From assembly GCA_963589385.1 (NCBI GenBank), contig CAVALS010000014.1:1-42051 (forward strand): a DNA stretch of 42,051 nucleotides, given 5' to 3'. The position numbers and the translations under genes were made by a program. Positions 37,687 to 42,051 of this stretch are shown piece after piece; within the stretch, counting starts at the first letter, position 1, and each line of letters starts with the position of its first letter. Below the pieces are notes generated by a model that saw nothing but the letters and a program-made list of their open reading frames with translations, was not told the DNA's origin and did no database searches. The DNA is from Bacteroidaceae bacterium (GTDB taxonomy: Bacteria > Actinomycetota > Coriobacteriia > Coriobacteriales > Coriobacteriaceae).

Positions 37687-38607
37687 TTAACGTATCACAG
37701 AGCGGCTCAGCATGACGATCTGATGCCTGTATCCACGAAGGGCTTGTCCAAGCGTGAAGATATTCTGGGGCAGGCAAATACCGTTCATGGAGTCCCCGAT
37801 ATGTTGGAGGTCAGCGCCAGCGGCTTTTGCTGCAAGACCTATTTTCTTAATGGTCTCGCTGTCGCAGGAGTCTTGACTGGTCCCGTTCGCCGCCATGACG
37901 AGAACCTTTTCTTCAATTGACTTGCCTACGTTGTGTGATCGTACAAAGTCTACGATGGCGCGCAGGTCTGCTTCTTGGAAGCAAGGGACAGTGTAGGGGG
38001 CTGGCACGAGAAGGATATCGACGCCGAGATCAACAAACTTGCGCGCTATTTCGAGTGTCATGACAGGTTCCGCAACGCCCGCTCCATGCATTTTTCCGGC
38101 TATGACCAGGCCATTGAAATGCTCTTTGGAGAGTTTAATCGAATGGGCGATTGCATCGTTGGAGACGCCAGTTCCAGGGTTGCCCGTCAGGCAGATAAAG
38201 TCAAATCCGAGTTCGTTAGCCTTTTCTAAGGTCTTGGGAGAGACGCGACGACCCATGGGGATTTCCGTACGGGATTCAGACATCTCTGCCTCGTTATCAA
38301 CTGGCTCCAGATTGACGCCAATGGGCCTTCCACATGCTCGCTTCACCCAAGTGACCGGGTTTTCATTGAGATCATCTGGAATACCGGCAATAACTGGATC
38401 GAACACATCGAGCGCGTTAAACAGAAGCAGGTCGGCACCTGCGGCACGTTCGATTTCTGCATTAGTAACGCCGCCGAGAAATTGGGAAGAGGGTACGTTT
38501 TCCGCCATGATGGTACGTCCCTCGGAAGCCAGAATTGCCTGCTTTAGATCCATGGGTGACGTGGCGGCAAAATCGGATGCGGACATGTTCAGCAATCGTT
38601 TGTGCAT
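37687..38607 (-). CDS. Conserved protein of unknown function, probable TIM-barrel fold, associated with PTS loci
   Basis: KRLL...ASEGRTI, GRPIGVNLEP, LTGNPGTGV, AGKMHGAG, ADLQHIGD; AAGGAAG RBS. The fold call is inference. Confidence 0.7.
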   Translation of the reverse strand: MHKRLLNMSASDFAATSPMDLKQAILASEGRTIMAENVPSSQFLGGVTNAEIERAAGADLLLFNALDVFDPVIAGIPDDLNENPVTWVKRACGRPIGVNLEPVDNEAEMSESRTEIPMGRRVSPKTLEKANELGFDFICLTGNPGTGVSNDAIAHSIKLSKEHFNGLVIAGKMHGAGVAEPVMTLEIARKFVDLGVDILLVPAPYTVPCFQEADLRAIVDFVRSHNVGKSIEEKVLVMAANGTSQDSCDSETIKKIGLAAKAAGADLQHIGDSMNGICLPQNIFTLGQALRGYRHQIVMLSRSVIR

Positions 38608-38654
38608 TGTTACTTCCTTTGACTAGAACGACAGGCTTGTGACATTGTCTCTAA

Positions 38655-38670
38655 TATTGTTACAACAATA
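38655..38670. promoter_or_regulatory. Near-palindromic candidate GntR operator in the divergent promoter
   Basis: TATTGTTACAACAATA in an AT-rich divergent intergenic region. Confidence 0.5.
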
Positions 38671-38964
38671 TATTTAATATGTTATATCCAATCGGTAAAC
38701 GGTTACAAACTTATTGTAATGCTCCGAAAAAATAGCCTTTAGCTGGACAAATATAAAAATACGCAACTACCGTTCACCGAATATAGATTTGAATTCTTGA
38801 CATATCGACAAAGCGGAAAAAGAATTGGTTATGACAAATCGCGCAAATGATATTACATTTCGCACGAGAACGTATTCACTTACGATAAGCGGATACAAAC
38901 TGGGACGACGACGGTTGAGTCCGGATAAATCGTTGTGTGCCCGGGAATCATGAAAGGATGTGTT

Positions 38965-40659
38965 ATGGACGCTATCGTCAAATTCCTTGAAAAACACCAG
39001 CCCCTCTTCGACAAAATCTCGAGGAACATTTATCTGGTAGCGATTAAGGATGGCTTTCTCTCGAATATGCCAATTGTGCTGTTCTCGAGCCTGTTCCTTC
39101 TTCTTTCGACGCTCCCTGCCTATGTAGGCATCACGCTTCCGTCTGAGGTGCTGGATTTCTTTAATAAAATCTATGCATATACCATGGGGCTTCTTGGCAT
39201 TATGGTGGCCGGTACCACGGCGAGCTCACTTGCCATGTCGATGAACCGCCGCATGCCTTCGGGCAAATCTCTCAACCCCACCTCGTGCATGGTTTGTGCC
39301 ATGTGCGGCATGTTCTTGCTATCGGTGACGAACGATGTTGTCTCGATTGGCGGAGCAGATACATCTGTTTTTGAAACCGGCTATATGGGAACCAAGGGTT
39401 TTCTCGCTGCGTTCGTATCCGCGTTCTTGACCGTTAATATCTATAAGGTGTGCATTAGCCATAATGTGACGATCAAGCTCCCCAAAGAGGTCCCTGGCGC
39501 TATTGCACAGAGTTTTCGCGATATCTTTGCGTTTGGGTTTTCAATCCTTGCGTGCGCCGTTATCGATCTCGCGAGCCGTACGCTGCTTGCTGTGCCGTTC
39601 GCCAATTTGGTATCTGCTCTAATTTCGCCGCTGTTCTCCGCGGTTGACACCTATCCTGGCATGGCGCTTATCGAAGGCGCGGTCGCACTTTTCCAATTTA
39701 TGGGTATTCACGGTGCTTCGGTTGTCATGAGCCCGATCAATGCTGCGCTCTACGGCAATACCGTTACCAATCTTGAGGTTTTCCAAGCAGGTGGACACCC
39801 GTCAATTGCTCTCACGCAGGACTTTACAAGCTTCATCGGCGGTCTGGGCGGTTCTGGCTGCACGTTCATCGTTCCTATTATCCTGATCATGTTTATGCGT
39901 TCCAAGCAGCTTAAAGCCATGGGCAAGGCATCGATTATCCCGGTGATTTTTGGAGTTAACGAGCCCGTTCTCTTCGGTATGCCGATCGTTCTCAATCCCT
40001 ATATGTTCGTGCCCTTCCTAGCGGCTCCTATGGTCAACGCCATAATCGGTAAGTTTTTCATTGACGTAATTGGAATGAACGCCCCCATGTATACCATGCC
40101 GTGGGCGCTTCCCGGCCCAATCGGTGCATTTCTCACCACAGGTCTTGATCTACGTTCTCTTGTATTGATGGCAGTGCTGTTGGTCGTTGACTTTGTGATT
40201 TACTATCCGTTCTGTAAGGCGTATGACCATCAGCTTTGTTTGGAGGAGTCCGCAAAGGAAGCTGCAGGAACCTCGGATGCAGATGCTATTGCCGCACAAG
40301 AAAATGCCGCAAGAGCTCTGGAGGCGGTAAAGAGCAAGGCGGAGCAGATCCGCGTGCTTGTGCTTTGCCAGGGTGCCGGCACTTCGACTCTCTTGGCAAA
40401 TGCTCTTCGCGAAGGTGCCGCTGCTAAGGGTATTGATCTGGTTTCTCAGTCCGGTGCGTACGGAAGCCACTATGAGACGATGAATCAGTACAACGTGATT
40501 GTTCTGGCGCCCCAGGCACGCATGTACTATGACGCTATGAAGGCCGATACCGATCGCCTTGGAATTAAACTGCTCACCACAAGGGGCAAGCAGTATATCG
40601 ATCTTACCAACGATCCCGAAGGTGCAATTGACTGGATCGTTCAGGAGCTGGCCAAATAG
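38965..40659 (+). CDS. lacE: PTS lactose-family EIICB
   Basis: SRNIYLVAIKDGF, GYMGTKG, KLPKEVP, GIHG, FGVNEPVLFGMP; IIB VLVLCQGAGTS with phospho-Cys. Confidence 0.9.
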   Translation: MDAIVKFLEKHQPLFDKISRNIYLVAIKDGFLSNMPIVLFSSLFLLLSTLPAYVGITLPSEVLDFFNKIYAYTMGLLGIMVAGTTASSLAMSMNRRMPSGKSLNPTSCMVCAMCGMFLLSVTNDVVSIGGADTSVFETGYMGTKGFLAAFVSAFLTVNIYKVCISHNVTIKLPKEVPGAIAQSFRDIFAFGFSILACAVIDLASRTLLAVPFANLVSALISPLFSAVDTYPGMALIEGAVALFQFMGIHGASVVMSPINAALYGNTVTNLEVFQAGGHPSIALTQDFTSFIGGLGGSGCTFIVPIILIMFMRSKQLKAMGKASIIPVIFGVNEPVLFGMPIVLNPYMFVPFLAAPMVNAIIGKFFIDVIGMNAPMYTMPWALPGPIGAFLTTGLDLRSLVLMAVLLVVDFVIYYPFCKAYDHQLCLEESAKEAAGTSDADAIAAQENAARALEAVKSKAEQIRVLVLCQGAGTSTLLANALREGAAAKGIDLVSQSGAYGSHYETMNQYNVIVLAPQARMYYDAMKADTDRLGIKLLTTRGKQYIDLTNDPEGAIDWIVQELAK

Positions 40660-40695
40660 TAGATGCACTTCGTCGTTGATCCGTCGGTGTGTAGT

Positions 40696-40728
40696 GCGGC
40701 CCCGCAGCTTATTGAGCTGCGGGGCCGT
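40696..40728 (+). terminator. Terminator after EIICB
   Basis: GCGGCCCCGCAGCT / AGCTGCGGGGCCGT. Confidence 0.75.
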
Positions 40729-40833
40729 ATTTCGTTGAGTAGCTAATTGAGACAATGAGCGCAACCGTCGTGAGATCGCATTGGCGCTCTCCGAGTCACT
40801 GACAAGCTGCCTTCCATCTATGTGACCAAAGGT

Positions 40834-41311
40834 GGCTTATAGGACAAAATATGTGTCCATGTTTGGGGCATCGGCGCAGGTCGATGCCCCTTTTCAGCCG
40901 TTTAAATTCCGTGCCCGCTTTTAACCGCTCGGACAGAATGTGTGTCCGGTTGTCTATCGTTCCCCCGGTAGATTACCTTTTCCGGAACCGTTAAATCCCC
41001 TTTCGGAAGAGGTGCCCATGAAGGCCGTTTATTACCCCTGCTGCGGCGGTCGGACCAGGCGCAACGGCAGGACAGGATCGAGGGAGGGGTGAACTCGCAG
41101 CCGGGGCCGTCCTGCGCAACCACCGGGGGCTGACGTCGGTCAAGCGCGTGAAGGCGGCTTTCCGGTGGTGCCGTGCGTACTCGGGGAACGCGAGGTCGGC
41201 GCGCCGGAGTGGGGCGGTGAGGCCGTGTGGGAGGACCCCCGCCACAGGAGCCCGTACCCATTCTGGCTGGATTAATGGATGGAAACGGGTGTTCCACCGG
41301 GACACACATTT
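40834..41311 (+). mobile_element. Internally deleted IS1249-like (IS256 family) element
   Basis: Left end GGCTTATAGGACAAAATATGTGTCC, inner copy GGACAGAATGTGTGTCC (40931), partial right end GGACACACATTT (41300). Fragments MKAVYYPCCGGRTRRNGRT (41018), RIEGGVNSQ..AVLRNHRGLTSVKRVKAAFRWC and EWGGEAVWEDPRHRSPYPFWLD* (stop 41275) resemble the termini of this transposase family as I recall them. Confidence 0.75.
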
Positions 41312-41339
41312 ACAGGTTGAGGTGAAATCACCAACCAGA

Positions 41340-41598
41340 TGTTACAGATTGAGATTGAGAGGATTGTCCTGTGCATTTGTCTCAATCTGTAACAGCTAGG
41401 ACCCAAAAACTCGACTAGATGTTACAGATCGAGATTTTGTCTACCCAGCCATCATCTTTGTCTCGATCTGTAATAGTTAGACGGCTAAAAGCGAGTCAGA
41501 TGTTACAGATCTAGATATTTCGAACCGGGTGCCCCCGTTCATCTCAATCTGTAACAATTGGGGCCGAAAATCCCTGCTAGATGTTACAAATCGAGACA
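41340..41598. repeat. Array 2 of alternating inverted 17-bp repeats (7 units, ~80-bp period)
   Basis: TGTTACAGATYGAGA-type units at 41340, 41420, 41501, 41582; opposite orientation at 41378, 41459, 41540. Confidence 0.93.
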
Positions 41599-41621
41599 AA
41601 CGGCCTGCTCGGGCCCACCAA

Positions 41622-41667
41622 AACAAAAAGGCCGCATGCGAACCCGTGGAGGAATTCACATGCGGCC
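41622..41667 (-). terminator. Probable terminator after lacG
   Basis: GGCCGCATG / CATGCGGCC stem with a T-rich tail on the minus strand. Confidence 0.6.
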
Positions 41668-41689
41668 GACAGGGGGTATGCGGCTTGAA

Positions 41690-42051
<362 letters not shown>

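Noticed and set aside
40902..41399. ORFs 40902-41309, 40991-41305 and 41148-41399 as real genes
   Set aside because: Better explained as frames across the deleted IS remnant and the repeat array.
36581..41598. CRISPR call for the two repeat arrays
   Set aside because: Repeats alternate in orientation, are only ~17 bp, spacers recur between arrays, and there are no cas genes or leader.

Overview
High-GC chromosomal segment from a Coriobacteriia gut actinobacterium, most likely Collinsella (inferred from gene content and codon style). 1-21.4 kb is mostly housekeeping: PLP aminotransferase, STAS anti-anti-sigma, tatA/B-tatC-hypA-hypB-topA, tmk-holB-ricT(PSP1)-comF, a raiA-motif ncRNA, an ABC substrate-binding lipoprotein, hpf/raiA, DegV, a beta-hydroxyacid dehydrogenase with a His/Cys tail, isocitrate dehydrogenase and a SurA-like membrane protein. 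21.5-42 kb is a mosaic sugar-utilisation region. It holds a mannose-family GalNAc-type PTS (IIA, yajC-like, IIB, IIC, IID) with GntR, agaS, nagA/agaA, lacX, lacC and YhcH, then tRNA-Thr(CGT), a second IIB lacking its phospho-His, galM, a DeoR regulator, an AT-richer GntR / unknown TIM-barrel / lactose EIICB block and the 3' end of lacG. The most striking unexplained structure is two arrays of a 17-bp repeat in strictly alternating orientation, with an ~80-bp period and spacers shared but reordered between arrays; they bracket the AT-richer block. Also found: an internally deleted IS1249-like (IS256 family) remnant fused to the second array, a relic copy of the nagA 3' end, several long inverted-repeat elements, and recurring promoter motifs. 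No cas genes and no true CRISPR. All family calls come from motif recognition by eye; no searches were run.
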